DNA from: Callorhinchus milii
Taxonomy: Eukaryota
Length of the DNA stretch: 64,000 nucleotides
Assembly (NCBI RefSeq): GCF_018977255.1
Contig: NW_024704742.1
Span: 27,840,001 to 27,904,000 of the forward strand
Reading direction: 5' to 3'
Numbering within the stretch: the first letter of the stretch is position 1; each line of letters opens with the position of its first letter. Position numbers and translations under genes: made by a program. Below, in pieces: positions 50,621 to 63,031 of this stretch. The notes beneath the pieces were generated by a model that was not told the origin of the DNA, made no database searches, and saw only the letters and a program-made list of their open reading frames with translations.

Positions 50621-52329
50621 AATGTTGCTGCTATTGTTCTGCAAGGTTTCTCCCTGACTGGGTTTCAGAGAGTATCTGTATAATAGCAGGTGTTGAATGC
50701 TGGAAAGGAGCTCATGATAAAGTAGGTTTTGTGTAATCTGTGGAGGAAGTGATGGAGCACAGAGGGAGAGATTTCCAGGGGTTAGGACCTCGATCTAAAA
50801 TCTTGGCCATCGATGGTTGTATGCATAGTGCGGAGGATGCACTTCAAACCTAAGTTAACCAATCTGTCAATCTAACTTGAAGGGGTAAGGTGGTCTTTGC
50901 TCTCTGCATTTATAGAAGCGGTTAAGTGTATTAAATTGATCTCTCAAGAATTTCAGATTGGGATCCATAGACATCTTTATTCCTGCAAGAGAGATGTTCA
51001 CGTGTCACTGTATTAAGTAATTCTCAGTGCCACTTTCCATCGAGCTATCTGACCACGCTCTTTGTGCAAAACAAATCAATTGCAATGTGGTGAAGATAAG
51101 AAAAAACAAACTTCTTCAAAGTAAAGTGCTGAGCAGCACATAAGCAAATTGAGCAATAGAAATGGTGGTAAAGTCTTGAAACGAAAGAGGACAAGTGTGA
51201 TTGCAGCAGGAAGCAGCGTCTCACTTGACAGTGAGAAAGTGTCTGATGAAGATGCACAATGGCTGGTTTGTAAGATGTGCTTCCTGAGTGCACCCAGTTA
51301 AATTGATTCATTGTTCAATTCAAAACCACTGAAGGTAAGTATTGTGTTGTTTTTCATTTGTGTACACTGAATTAAACTCACATCTGTAAACTTACATTTC
51401 AGTGTACACGTCATGTGGAAAAACAAGCTTATACATATGTACCAGCTTCAGCATCCAAATGCCAAAGATTATGTGACAAAATTTTCAGTGCTCCAAAGTG
51501 CTACCTGTGAACGGCACTGCAAGTTGTTGTTGCTGTAATCTCCCTCAAATCTTTACATTTGTGGCACAGTAGTTAAGTGGAGTGTAAAGTACCAACATCA
51601 ATATTTGCTGTAATATATCACATTTAGATATTAACAACATTATATATTATAATAAGTGACAGTGAGAAGAAGAGATCCTGCTTGCTCCCCATTCCTCAGC
51701 CCACTCCCTTCATTCAGTTAATACAGACCTGCTGTGCATTCCTCGAGCCTGCAGCCACTGTACCACTAACTTCTGGAACCCTCTACCTCATTCAATCTAT
51801 CTTTAAATCCCATTTCATGAATGGCAGATAATGAATGGCAGACATTAAAATTCATGCAGCTCTCCCTTTACACATTTGCTGGTTGAACCATTTACACATA
51901 GAAGAGGATTTCTTCAGGGAAATTAATTTGGCCTTTAACAAAGGTTATTACATGTGAATTGTTATTCAGGCCAGTGATTTCAATATACCAGTTTAATAAT
52001 CACCGGGAAGATAAGCTTTTGCGAAAACATAATTTATGTCACAAATTGACCATTGCAAGACAAGTAAACAAAAGTATGGAACAGTAATTATAGAATGTTA
52101 AATGTCGCACGTATGAAGTTGGTGAGAGCTCAGACCATTAAGCTGCAGGAGAAAAGGTAGCAACCATCAGCAGCACTAAGCCTTCAGATATGTTGGGGCC
52201 AGCAATAGGACTGGATATCATGCCTTGCAGTGGGTCTCAGTTCTTCTAAAGAGCTACACGTTATAGGAATACTATTGAACCTTGGGCTTCCATTGGTCAT
52301 GGCGTTATAAAGGTGATGTTAACATGTTA

Positions 52330-52702
52330 TTCATAGACGGCTGCAGTAACCTCCGGATAACTCGCCCTGTCTTAACTTGTTACTATCACTTAAGTCGTCA
52401 TGCCATCAATATCCTGACCGCTACTCATATAACTATTAAAAGGGACATCACTTGCCTTGTCACTCTGCTTTCGATGTAACTCATCGCATTATAGAAATTC
52501 TTGTAAGTACATACAATGTAAAATGGATTGGAAAACTCATACTGTAAGATGGCATCTTGCATCGTAAAGGCCTCCCGCCCTATCCTGTGGCTGGTCGGTG
52601 GAGGTCGGCTGCACACATTCAGAAACAATGTTTGCAGCGAGCGGGTGCTAGCTGAGCGAGCAGGAGAGAACAACGCCATGTGGACTGGGAGCATAAGGTA
52701 AA
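52330..52702 (+). promoter_or_regulatory. Candidate intronic promoter / alternative first exon
   Basis: About 15 CpG in 370 bp of non-repeat DNA; GC box cccgccc; aagatggc (YY1-like); aacgccATG followed by a donor-like AAG|gtaaag. Confidence 0.35.
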
Positions 52703-53328
52703 GACCAATGGTTAACTTGTCACATCAGAAAATTTGTCACTGGGCCCTTTTCCCTCAGAGTAATGGGTTATCCAAAGTTTATTGTATTTGTATTTTGCTG
52801 TATATTATGGTGTTGGATGATTGGTATGTTTAAAAGCTTCTCTCTCAAATTGTCTAGGGTTACAGATGATCCTTGTATCCTTGTAGACGTACACGTCTGG
52901 CAGTCAATGTTTGCTTTATTATTTGTTGGATTCAAGTCCTTTTTTTTTAAAAAAAAAGGAACCTTTCACCTATTTTATTGCACATGACAAATGCTATTAG
53001 TGTGGAATAAGCAAGCCATCTAAATGCTTAGTGCGCTAATGTTAATTGGTGGGTACTAATGGAATCTATTTTCTATTATATGATATCCCTTCATTCAATC
53101 GTGTTGCATTTCTATCTCTGGATTACATTATAGAGCAGTAAATGGTCAAGTGTGAATTGCAGATGTCCATTCTTATACCAGGTTAGTTTGAGCATATGAT
53201 TATGAGTGCACAAAAAAGACAAAAGAAACATTGAATATTTATAATTCACCGCTAACCATCCGCTATACTGCAATCTCCGCTCAATATAATACTTTTTCAT
53301 ACTATTTTCACCTGCTCTATGTGTAATG

Positions 53329-54770
53329 TTTTGGGGTGCACGTGCGGAAACCCATCTCCATGCTAAGAGTATCCAAACCTGACTGGAAGTTTTACATGTG
53401 TATGCCATCTTCCCCTAAGGAATTGCCCTTTGTCTGAATTGGAGTGCACATTCTCTCCCTAAGCAATTTACCTAATTCCTGAAAGAATTAGACGCAGGTT
53501 GTTGAGAGTCCAGGCTCAGGAACTTCAGAATATCCATTGGGGGACTATTAGAGTTTGACCAACTAAAACCGCAGTGGCATATCTTGAGAGAACTGTGTGG
53601 CAAGCTTCTGCCTGTTCTGTCCAGCTAGGACCACCCTACATGTTAATGGTTTGACTTGCAGGTTTAACATAAGAAATGCTAGATGGAAAAAGGCCAAGGT
53701 CCATCTAGTTGCCTTCCACCTTCCTGGTGGTCGCATGCACATATGTCCCGAACTACCTATGTACTATGTCCCATAATGTTATTTCCTAAAAGAAATGTTT
53801 GAACTATCTCCCTAGGGAGCCTGTTCCACAGGTTCACTATTCGCTCACTAAAATAGTGTTTCTGTAGATTTGTTCTGAATTTACCCCCCTTCAATCGCAG
53901 GCTGTGTCGTCTGGTTTTATTCTTCTGGACAAGTTAAAACAGCCTGTCGTGATCTATATTGTCTTGCTCCTTTAGAATCTTAAAAACAGCAATCGGGTCA
54001 CCTCTCAATCTTCTCGTTTCCAGTGTGAACATACTCAATTTACTTAGTCGCTCCTCATAGTCCAGTCCCTCCCTTCCCTCGATCATTTTGGTTTCCCTCC
54101 TCTGTATCTTCTCAATTTCTCCAATATCCTTTTTGTAATGAGGCGACCAGAACTGTACACAGTACTTTAAGCATAGTCTCACCAATGATCTATACAGTGG
54201 CAGGATTACCCCACTATTTCAGCTTGCTATTGATTGCTTGATTCATCTTAACATCTGGTTTGCTTTCCTCACCGCCACAGAGAATTGTTAGAGCTTCAAT
54301 TTATTTTCAATCAGGACCCCCAGGTCCTTTTCATTTTCCATACATGTTATTTTCCTTCCATTCAAATAATAATCCCTTCCAGGATTTTTTGTTCCCATGT
54401 GAAGTACTTTATGTTTCTCCACATTGAATATCATCTGCCACTGATCTGCCCAATTCCAAGTATGTTCAAATCCTTCAAAACCTATCTTGTTCAACTTCAA
54501 AATCTACCACTTTAATTAGCTTGGTGTCATCTGCAAACTTAACCACAGTGCTTGTGACACCCAGTTCCGGATCATTTATAAAAATATTAAACAAAAGAGG
54601 TCCCAAAACAGACCCCTGTGGAATTCAACTGGTAGCAGATTTCTGGGTTTGACAGAAGTCAAATAGAAAAAATCGCTGCTCTCTGTGTTTCCAGGTCCTG
54701 CTGCCTGTGCATGTTGTCTAGTCTGCCATCAGATGTTAGGTGTAGCTGTCAGTGCTGAGGTTTGGTCTGA
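53329..54770 (-). repeat. Unclassified poly(A)-tailed repeat, copy E, split by a CR1 (parts 53329-53665 and 54646-~54770)
   Basis: gcacgtgcggaaacccatc...gagtatccaaacc...tacctaattcctgaaagaattag...ctaaaaccgcag...gtccagctagg...gacttgcaggttt. Confidence 0.75.
53666..54645 (-). mobile_element. CR1 LINE 3' ~1 kb (RT C-terminus to 3'UTR), probable TSD ggttt
   Basis: Minus strand encodes [18 protein letters not shown]...KFADDTK, WADQWQMIFNVEK, EKDLGVLI and YCVQFWSPHYKKDI; tail ttcttatgtt. Confidence 0.93.
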
Positions 54771-55556
54771 AGTTCAAAAATGAAAGCAAAATGTTTGAAC
54801 CACAAAAGCAGAATAAAGAAGTCTATAATGTGACTTGCAGGAACTGCAATCAGCACAGAATCAATCTCCGACTTTGTGTTTTAATGTTAAACCATAACTA
54901 TGCATTCTTTTATTTACTCTGCTTTCTGATGCCCATTCCTTTTGAAGGATTCTTTCAGAAGCTGCTTGAAATCACGGAATATTAAAGGGCCTAGGTGGTA
55001 AGCAGGAGAGTGAGACAAGATTAAGGATTTTATTTGGAGAGAAAAAAAGCACAGGCTTGAAAGGCCGAATGGCCTCTTACTGTACTGTAACATTGCACAT
55101 GGTGAAAAATGTGGTCACATTTGATGTGACCCAGTGATAGTCTGCTTACAGATCTTCGAGTCTAAATACCGTGGGGTAAACAATCCTTCCACAATTTTGT
55201 TGAAATGATTTTTGCCCAAAGCAGTTGTAATACCGGTGGGTGGTTCTTTTCAACTTGCTGCCCACACAGAACCCAGCATTTCAGGGATTGCCAGTTTCCG
55301 TATAATTCTCAGGGTGCATTTAATTATATACAATAATTTCATTTGAAGTAAAAACAGAAAAAGTTATCTACTCACCCGTGAACAGCTGTGCAGAAGTGTG
55401 CAGTTACAGTCATTTAAACAATGTTGCAGCAACAGAGTGATTGAGATAGAGTAATTCACGGCCCATTGTTAAGTTCTGTACGGAACTTAAGGAAGTAGTA
55501 AATGCTCAGTCAGTCATTCATTGTTTCTGGGGATCATTTCACCAACCTCCCCTGTT

Positions 55557-55863
55557 GGAGTCCTGTAGCTCAGTGGTTAGAGCACTCGCTTTGCAAGTGA
55601 GAGACCTGAGTTCAATTCCAGGCAGGGCGAAACCTTGGGCAAGTTTCTTTACTCCACACGCCTAATAATAATCCCTCCAAAAACAATAATAAATTGGTCA
55701 TTTTCAATCTACGACTGTTTGTGGGACATTGCTGTACGCAATTGGCTGCCGCGTTCGCCCACAAATATACAGTCAATTCACTTTACAGTGTGTTCTATGA
55801 AGCGCTTTGGGACATCCTCCCGACGTGAAAAGCGCTATATCAAATGCAAGGATTATTATTATT
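55557..55863 (+). mobile_element. Young tRNA-derived SINE, short variant, full length
   Basis: ggagtcctgtagctcagtggttagagcactcgctttgcaagtgagagacctgagttcaattcc...ggattattattatt. Confidence 0.93.
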
Positions 55864-56799
55864 AGTATTAAAGATCTAATGGCTCTTCAATAATGCATCG
55901 TATCAAGACTGCATTGTATTTACAAGGTACCTTTTTACTTTGTTTTATGTTTGTCCCTGAGAACTAGACAGAAACATGTTGTGATGTTGGATCAGAAAAG
56001 GAGGCCATTGGCAATGGAGATATTTGCATGGAAGCGAGCAATTGAAATATGGTGTCAGATGTGCAAATGTCACAGGAAAAACAGAGGAGCTTGTTTAATT
56101 AATAATAATAATAATCGTTGCATTTGGTATACCAAATTATTATTGTTATACCACCTTATCCCATCAGAAGCTTGTCTCAAATTGCTTCACAGGATTTACT
56201 GTGAAATGGAGTGACTGTGTATTTATAGGCCAACGTGATAGCACAGTTGGGCACAGCAAATGGGGATAAAATTCCTTGTATCCTATTGTTGTTATGAAGC
56301 ATTGAAACAATATCAAATAGGTTTGGATGTTAAGTTAAGTTATTCAGATGACTCTTGTATTACAGCTAAAATTAATATTTAGATATTGAGATTACATTGT
56401 ATTTTGTACCAAAATTTGCTCTGAAAATCTTGCCAGCAGAAAACAAGACAGTCTGATACTCATAGGAGACAGTTGAAACAATAAAGTTGTGCTTGCAGGT
56501 TTGTTGGAAATAATCAGCTAGTCTTTGGACAAACACATACTATCAAGTCCGTATGGATGCAATCCTGAGAGAATCACATATTTTAAGATCCAGTTTGTTC
56601 ATATTTAAGCATCTATTCATCAACCCATTGAGCATTCACAAGCAAAATAGATTTTCTACATTTGTGTTGCAATGGCCCTATAAATTTTGGAAAATAGATA
56701 CTGGCAATTTGTTTGACAAATTGTGCAAAATGTGAATGAGAAAATACAGCAAGAAAGTGAAACTGAGGGATGCAGATTGCAGGAGTTACAACCTGGATT

Positions 56800-57055
56800 T
56801 GTACAGGATTCATGCACATTGAATAGGAAGCTTGAGAGGAACTGGTGAGCATGTGGAACTTACTGGCAGAAACTGTGGTTGAAGCAAAAATCATTGTAAA
56901 TTTAAGAGAAAACTCAATGCACATATAAGGGAGAAGAGGGTATAGGTGAGGGGAATAGAAGTGATGCGGGCTTGTGTTGAATATGAACACCAGCTCAGAC
57001 TAGTTGGGCCAAATGGCCTATTTCCATGCCATATAGTTTCTGAAAATTCTATATG
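56800..57055 (+). mobile_element. CR1 3'UTR fragment
   Basis: ggtgagcatgtggaacttact...gtggttgaagca...gaacaccagctcagactagttgggccaaatggcctatttcc. Confidence 0.75.
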
Positions 57056-57109
57056 TAGCTCTCACATTGGAAAATGAATGGAAATAACCAAGGGAGCTAC
57101 ACTCTAAAA

Positions 57110-57388
57110 AGGTCTTCGGCTGAGACACTAAACCAAGGACCTGTCTGCGTTTTCAGGGGATGGCAGTATTAGAAAAGAGAAAGTAGCTTATCCCAGTGTC
57201 ATAGCCAACAATCTCCCAAATAAAATTGATTATTCGCTCCATGCCAGTTTGTGAGACAAAATTGGGCAACTGGTTAATGGGTTTGCCCACAAAATAGTCA
57301 CACCACTTGACACTGTATCCTATGAAGCACCTAGAGATGTCTCGGCAATGTGATAAGGCACTATTAAGTCAAATCATTATTATTATCA
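57110..57388 (+). mobile_element. Old Deu-type SINE fragment
   Basis: tcttcggctgagacactaaaccaaggacctgtctg...gtgataaggcactatt...attattatt. Confidence 0.65.
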
Positions 57389-58889
57389 ATTTTCATGCAT
57401 GTCCAAGCAGAATTTACACCATTTTGGTGGTTTCACACGGTGTAACATCTTAGAGTGCTTAACCAGTTAGTCATTTATCTTTGTAATAATAGCAGACATT
57501 GGCTATAACAATGTCAGGCTGTCGTTATCACTTTTCTTAAGTTATTAATCTTCTCCCCCAACCCAGGCACACATGTACACTTGAGTATCAATGTGAATGT
57601 CGAGACTCTCTGCAAACACACAATCACAATTCACTACAGTAAATCATGTAAAGCGCTTTGGGTTGTCCTCCCAATGTGAAAAATTGTACATCAAATGCAA
57701 GAATTAGTATTGCCTCCTTTCTTCGTTGGATTAGTTTTAGAATTCTTGGATGTAGTGGAACATTTTAGACCGGCATTGGGTCAATGGTCTGAATTACATC
57801 TCTTATGCTTCAGTTACTATGATTCTAAGAAGCAATATTGAAGTGATTTACCATGTGTTCATTAAGACAGATAACAGGTAAAGAAATGCTGCAATTTTTT
57901 TTCGTATGATTCATTTTCTTTACTGTCCCTAATACACATTTATGACTAGTAGTAGAGGGATGGAATAGACACATGGCAGTAAATTTGACGTTCCAATTGT
58001 CAATCTGTACACTTCAGTGAGTGAGAAAGCTAGAAGAACCAATCTGGCTATATATATGGTTTCATTATACATTCACTGTCTAAATATTTACCAATGTTTT
58101 AGTGAAGTCTGCTGAAGAAATGTCAGGTTTATAAAATGCTGAGGCAGACTGTGGGTAATTTACTAATATAATGTCACCATGCTATGCAAACACATTTAGT
58201 AACACAGTACTAGAGCTTTACTTAGAAACTGCACTGCAACTAGAAATAAATTTATGATGGCCACAGCCCTGGGTTCACCAATTTATTTATAAGAAAAATA
58301 ACTTGCGTTTATAAAGCAGCTCTCGCATAACATAAATGTCTCAAAACACTTTATTTAGGACCCTTTTGAATGTGTTAAGTGTTCTTTTTTGGTGAGCATA
58401 TCACACATTGGTCTCTCAGATGTAGATAAATAGCCTATACTTGAAAGCAGGACTGACTAATGAGGGAATATTGCAATTGTGGTCATAGTCAGTGTACTTA
58501 CTCAAAAAGGTGCTGGCATGTGCTGGGATACAATTCTAAAGGTAACATTTGCTTCTTGTAACATCCCCTAAGTTTCATTCCTTTGTGTGGAAGTGTTACG
58601 GGATGCTACCCATGTGAAGGGTGCTATATAAATACACGTCGTTGTTATTGTATGGGTGAGTGAGTATGGATATGTTAAGAAGAATCATTTTGGAACCTCA
58701 CAGCCTTGTGGAATCTTATTGAGACCCAAATATTCATGCACACTGGTTTATTGAAAAGAACCATCTCCCTCATCCTTTGTAAAGCTGTGTCTCAAAACAA
58801 AACAATGACTTTCATTTATATAGCACCCTTCACACTGGATAGCATCTTGGACTGTGGAGGGTTTGGGCATGGAAGTGGATGGCCCAATA

Positions 58890-59122
58890 GTCCACTGAGT
58901 TTTCACCCTTAAAATAATTTGGTCTTAAAATTGAAGATGATGTAGCGTTGTGGAAGATTATTCAATTCAGTCTTAATTTTAAAAGCAGGTTTTTTTTAAA
59001 CAAAACTGCAGAAAAAGTCTTCCAACTTAAGACTGAATTCAAGAATTTTCTACTAAGTTGTACCACCTTAAAGTTTAAGACAAGATGGTTTTGCAGGTTA
59101 AAACTAGGTGGAATTCTGACCC
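58890..59122. mobile_element. MITE-like element related to 15951-16463
   Basis: Shares caggttaaaactaggtggaatt and the internal inverted pair attcagtcttaa / ttaagactgaat. Confidence 0.6.
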
Positions 59123-59344
59123 TGAGACCCACAACAGCATTTAAAAAGTAAATGGATAATTATTTGGAAAGAAACAATGTAAAAAGGTATGAGAAAAAAC
59201 AGTTTTCAAGTACATGCTCCAATGGAATAGTTAGCACCAGTATATGCCTGAAGAGCCAAATGGCATCCTTCTAGGTTGTAATTTCTGTGGTTGTTCAATT
59301 GTGAGCTATCCTAAAGAAAAATCTGATTGATTTGTCTTATAGCT

Positions 59345-59512
59345 CTAACCTTGATGGCATTGCCAAAGAAGGGGGACCTCAGGCCAAGTGCAGTGCTCCT
59401 GCTGACATCCCAGATGAGATCAACTGGCCCAAAGGATAAAAACCTTGGCCCTTCCTGATCTGTAGGACTGAGTTTCATACTGGGCAGTAATTCTGAACCA
59501 TCTGGGGGGAGC
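59345..59512 (-). mobile_element. Ancient SINE head relic (AmnSINE2-like, from recall)
   Basis: Minus strand reads gatggttcagaattactgcccagt...ctcagtcctacagatcaggaagggccaagg...gttgatctcatctggg. Confidence 0.45.
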
Positions 59513-59619
59513 CATAACGTTGTTTTTAGTGCAGTAATTTTTGGCCACTCCTTCGTGTTTCTGCTGATCTTGATCAATTTATTTCCTTGCCAAGATTTCT
59601 TCTGTTCCTCGATATTAAG

Positions 59620-59797
59620 TAAATAAATAAATAATAATAATTTGGTCACTCAGTCCACAACTGTTTGTGGGACACTGCTGTGCGCAATTGGCTGCCGCAA
59701 TATGCCCACAAATATATAGTCAATTCTCTTTACAGTATATTCTGTGAAGCTCTTGAAGACGTGATAAGGCGCTATATCAAATTCAAAGATTATTATC
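59620..59797 (+). mobile_element. Young SINE 3' half
   Basis: aatttggtcactcagtccac...ctgtgcgcaattggctgccgc...gataaggcgctatatcaaat. Confidence 0.85.
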
Positions 59798-60463
59798 TAC
59801 CATCGTCTTGTAAGCAGTCCTATTCAGAAAACGTATTGAAGCATGAAGGTTATAGTTCTAACCTTGAGAGGCTGCGCTATATCTTTGATCAGCAAACATA
59901 ATACAGGCACAATTGAATCATAGTCGTACACACATACATTGTGTGAACTATTGGAATCCTCTGGAGCTGCTGAACTAGCATTAATTTACTGTGTCCTGTT
60001 TACTTAGAAAAGTAATAGCCGGTGAATTTGCAATGATGGATGGAGAAGGGAAGGTTGAGAAGCAAAAGGAAAATGCATTTAAAAACATGTAACTAGTTAA
60101 TCTCTAGTTCTTTGAAGGATCAATGGCAGATCCAAAGAGCTCAGGAAATTCTAAACATTCAGGGATAATCAAAATCGTAATTGTTTTGAAGGTCTTTGGG
60201 TTGTGCCTATTCTGACAGTTTTGCTTATATCCAAACTCGTAAGGGAAAGGGTAGAGTTCTTCTTTGCATATGGATAAAGTATGTTTTCTGAGTGAATCGT
60301 CATTAAATAAACCATCATCAAATGTGACCAATTAATGGTAGCTTTGTCATTGTCAAATTTAATAGTGAAAGGAGTATCGTCCTGGCCAAAAATCACCTGA
60401 TAAAATTAGTCATTCACTTCTGAGCTGTTTTGGGACATCGTTATGTGCACATTGGTGTTAGGT

Positions 60464-60775
60464 GGAGTCCTGTATCTCAGTAGTTAGAGCACTCGGCTTG
60501 CAAGTGAGAGATCCGGGTTCGATTCCCAGCAGGGTGAAACCTTGGGCAAGTTTCCTTACTCCACATGCCCGGTAATAATCCCTCATGAAAAAAAGGCAAT
60601 AACAATTTGGTCACTCAATCCACGACTGTTTGTAGGTCACTGCTGTGCGCAATTGGCTGCTGCGTTTTGCCCACAAATATACAGTCAATTCACTTTACAG
60701 TATATTCTATGAAGCGCTTTGAGACGTCTAGAAGACGTGAAAAGCGCTATATCAAATGCAAGGATTATTATTTAT
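60464..60775 (+). mobile_element. Young SINE (short variant) nested in an older Deu-type SINE (about 60370-60895)
   Basis: ggagtcctgtatctcagtagttagagc...gggttcgattccc; older SINE body before it and tail after it. Confidence 0.9.
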
Positions 60776-62804
60776 TATGTTCACCTGCAAATACACAGTC
60801 ACTACACTTCATGGTAAAATCTTTGGAAGCACTTTGAGATGTTTTGTTGTTGCTGTTTCGATGACGTGGTAAGGCACTGTAATAAATGCAAGGTCAATAA
60901 GGAGATAATAAGACAATAAGCAGATACCTGAAATTAAGCTAAATTCACACCTTTAATACAAAAATGCTTTAAAAGTGCATATCGTTTTAATCAAGCTCTG
61001 ATGTGCTAAATTTTGGAGGCAATGCTGAAATCTCAATCAAAGATTTGGGGCAATGGGGAAATCCCAGGAGGAGAAATCAATGAAAGTAATTATTTTAATC
61101 AGCGAGAAGAATGCACTAAAAATCTAAAACAAAATGGCAAAATTTGAAACAGGACTGTGTCAACCCACGCCTGAAAGACAAAGTTAGGTTAAAATAAAAG
61201 TGAATTAAACATTTCAGTTCTAATGAAAAGTTGCACCTAGAATGTGAAATAGCTTTCTGTTTTAAATGCTGATTGGTTGTGCATGTCCACAACTTTCTAT
61301 TTTTATTGTATTATGAATTCTGACAAGGAGGTCATTGCATGAGTAATCATTTTGCAATGAGTAATCTTTGCTGCAAACATTTGTCAGATATTTTTGATCA
61401 GTTTCCACAACTGAAAGTGAAAATGAATTTTAAGGCAATGTCCATTATGTTTGTCTCCAGATATTATGGACATTGCCTTAATATTAACTATTGTACTTGT
61501 CCTGCAAATGTTTTTAAGTATATTTTGTACAATGGTCTCTATAGATTCTGACTTTCATTTGAACCTTATTATTCAAAAAGTGACAATCTATATAAATCCT
61601 GACAACAATGAAGATGTATGTATACAGGACTACACAGAAATAATACACACATTCAGCTAAGTATTGGCACAAGTGGAAGTTTTGTGGTACATCCGAAGAT
61701 AGTATTCTCTAGTAACAGTAATGAGTCTGATTCAGGATTTTTTTGTACCTTTTGCTGCTATTATGGAATGAAAAATGCAATTTTTCGAACAAATTCAACG
61801 TAAAACATTTTTCATTAATCTTCCACACCACAGTGTACAGACATCTATTTTGGATGCAGTTCTGTCCATGAATATGTAATCATTGTGTCCTTATGGCTCA
61901 ATTTCAAGCTGCTGTTTACATTTGGGCACAAGAGTGCAGTGCAACAGGGAGTGAATGACCATGCAATATCCTGATGGTTACAAGGGATCAATCATTGCTT
62001 CAGAGCCAGCGGTTAAAAATCTCACATACTTTCTCTTCATTCCGTGCCACGTGGGGGAGGCAGTTCTGCATGTTCATTTGGTTTGTTGTCTACGGGATAC
62101 AAATGGATCAGAAACAATAATTCCATGTCTATGTTTCTTCCAAGATAGTTCTCTACAACATGTAGGCTGGTGCCAGGATTTCACCAAAGAAATGCTAGGA
62201 AATTTTTCAGAGCTGTAGACATTATCTTATTTAGTTGTTTAATTCCTCACTCTCTCCTTGGCAGTGAAACTTTGCAATGTTGCCAATAGATGTCTTATTC
62301 CTCAGATAGTGCTGCACGTCATGCTGCTAAATTCACATAGAATGCTCATAATATTTACAGGAAGCGACCCAAAATTTACAGTAACATTAGCCGAATAACT
62401 ACACACTATAAAATAACTGACGTACTTTATCTTCATACTTCTGGACAGTTCAGATTTCACACTTAGCAAAATTGATACTTGGAAACTGATGGACATTATC
62501 AACACACAGTCGTGCGTGTGCCATTCTACATGAGTTCATATCGCATTGCAACAATTACAATTTGAATGCACATTAGCCTCATTGAAGTTCATTGCAGTAA
62601 AATTAACGGGCGTACCACTTCAATGTGGTTATTTAATCACACTTTCTGCCAGACTTCACATAATAAATGTAATGCATAGTATTATGCTTCACATGTACAT
62701 AAATGCATATTCTAAATTATAATGCACTTGTAATTTAGCTGTCCTTTGAGCTGTGCCCTATCGGTCACCATTTTCAGCATGTGGTCTATAACAATATAAC
62801 AATG

Positions 62805-62980
62805 AAATAATAATCCTTGCATTTAATCGAACATCGAGATATCTCAAAACACTTCACAGGTAAAGTGGTGTGACTGTGTATGTCCTTGCCGAATGTACAA
62901 CTACTTTGCCCACAGCAATGTCCCACAAACAGCCAAGAATTGGGTGACCAATTTTATTTGGTCGAGGCATAAATATGTGA
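62805..62980 (-). mobile_element. Old SINE 3' fragment
   Basis: ataataatccttgcattt...cacagcaatgtcccacaaacagcc. Confidence 0.7.
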
Positions 62981-63031
62981 ATTCATTCTTACAGAAATGT
63001 TTCCCAATTTGTAACCAGCTATTCAAATCAA

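Noticed and set aside
51298..51340. Strong donor gaag|gtaagt as a hidden exon
   Set aside because: The nearest acceptor gives a stop in the required phase and there is no formin similarity.
55557..55625. tRNA-Ala(TGC)-like gene (and similar heads at 25889, 27943, 29718, 60464)
   Set aside because: Each continues directly into a SINE body and tail and lacks a proper acceptor stem and T-run terminator; these are SINE heads.
60104..60396. Two overlapping 75-aa minus-strand ORFs as a decayed gene
   Set aside because: No recognisable domain; the lengths are within chance expectation.
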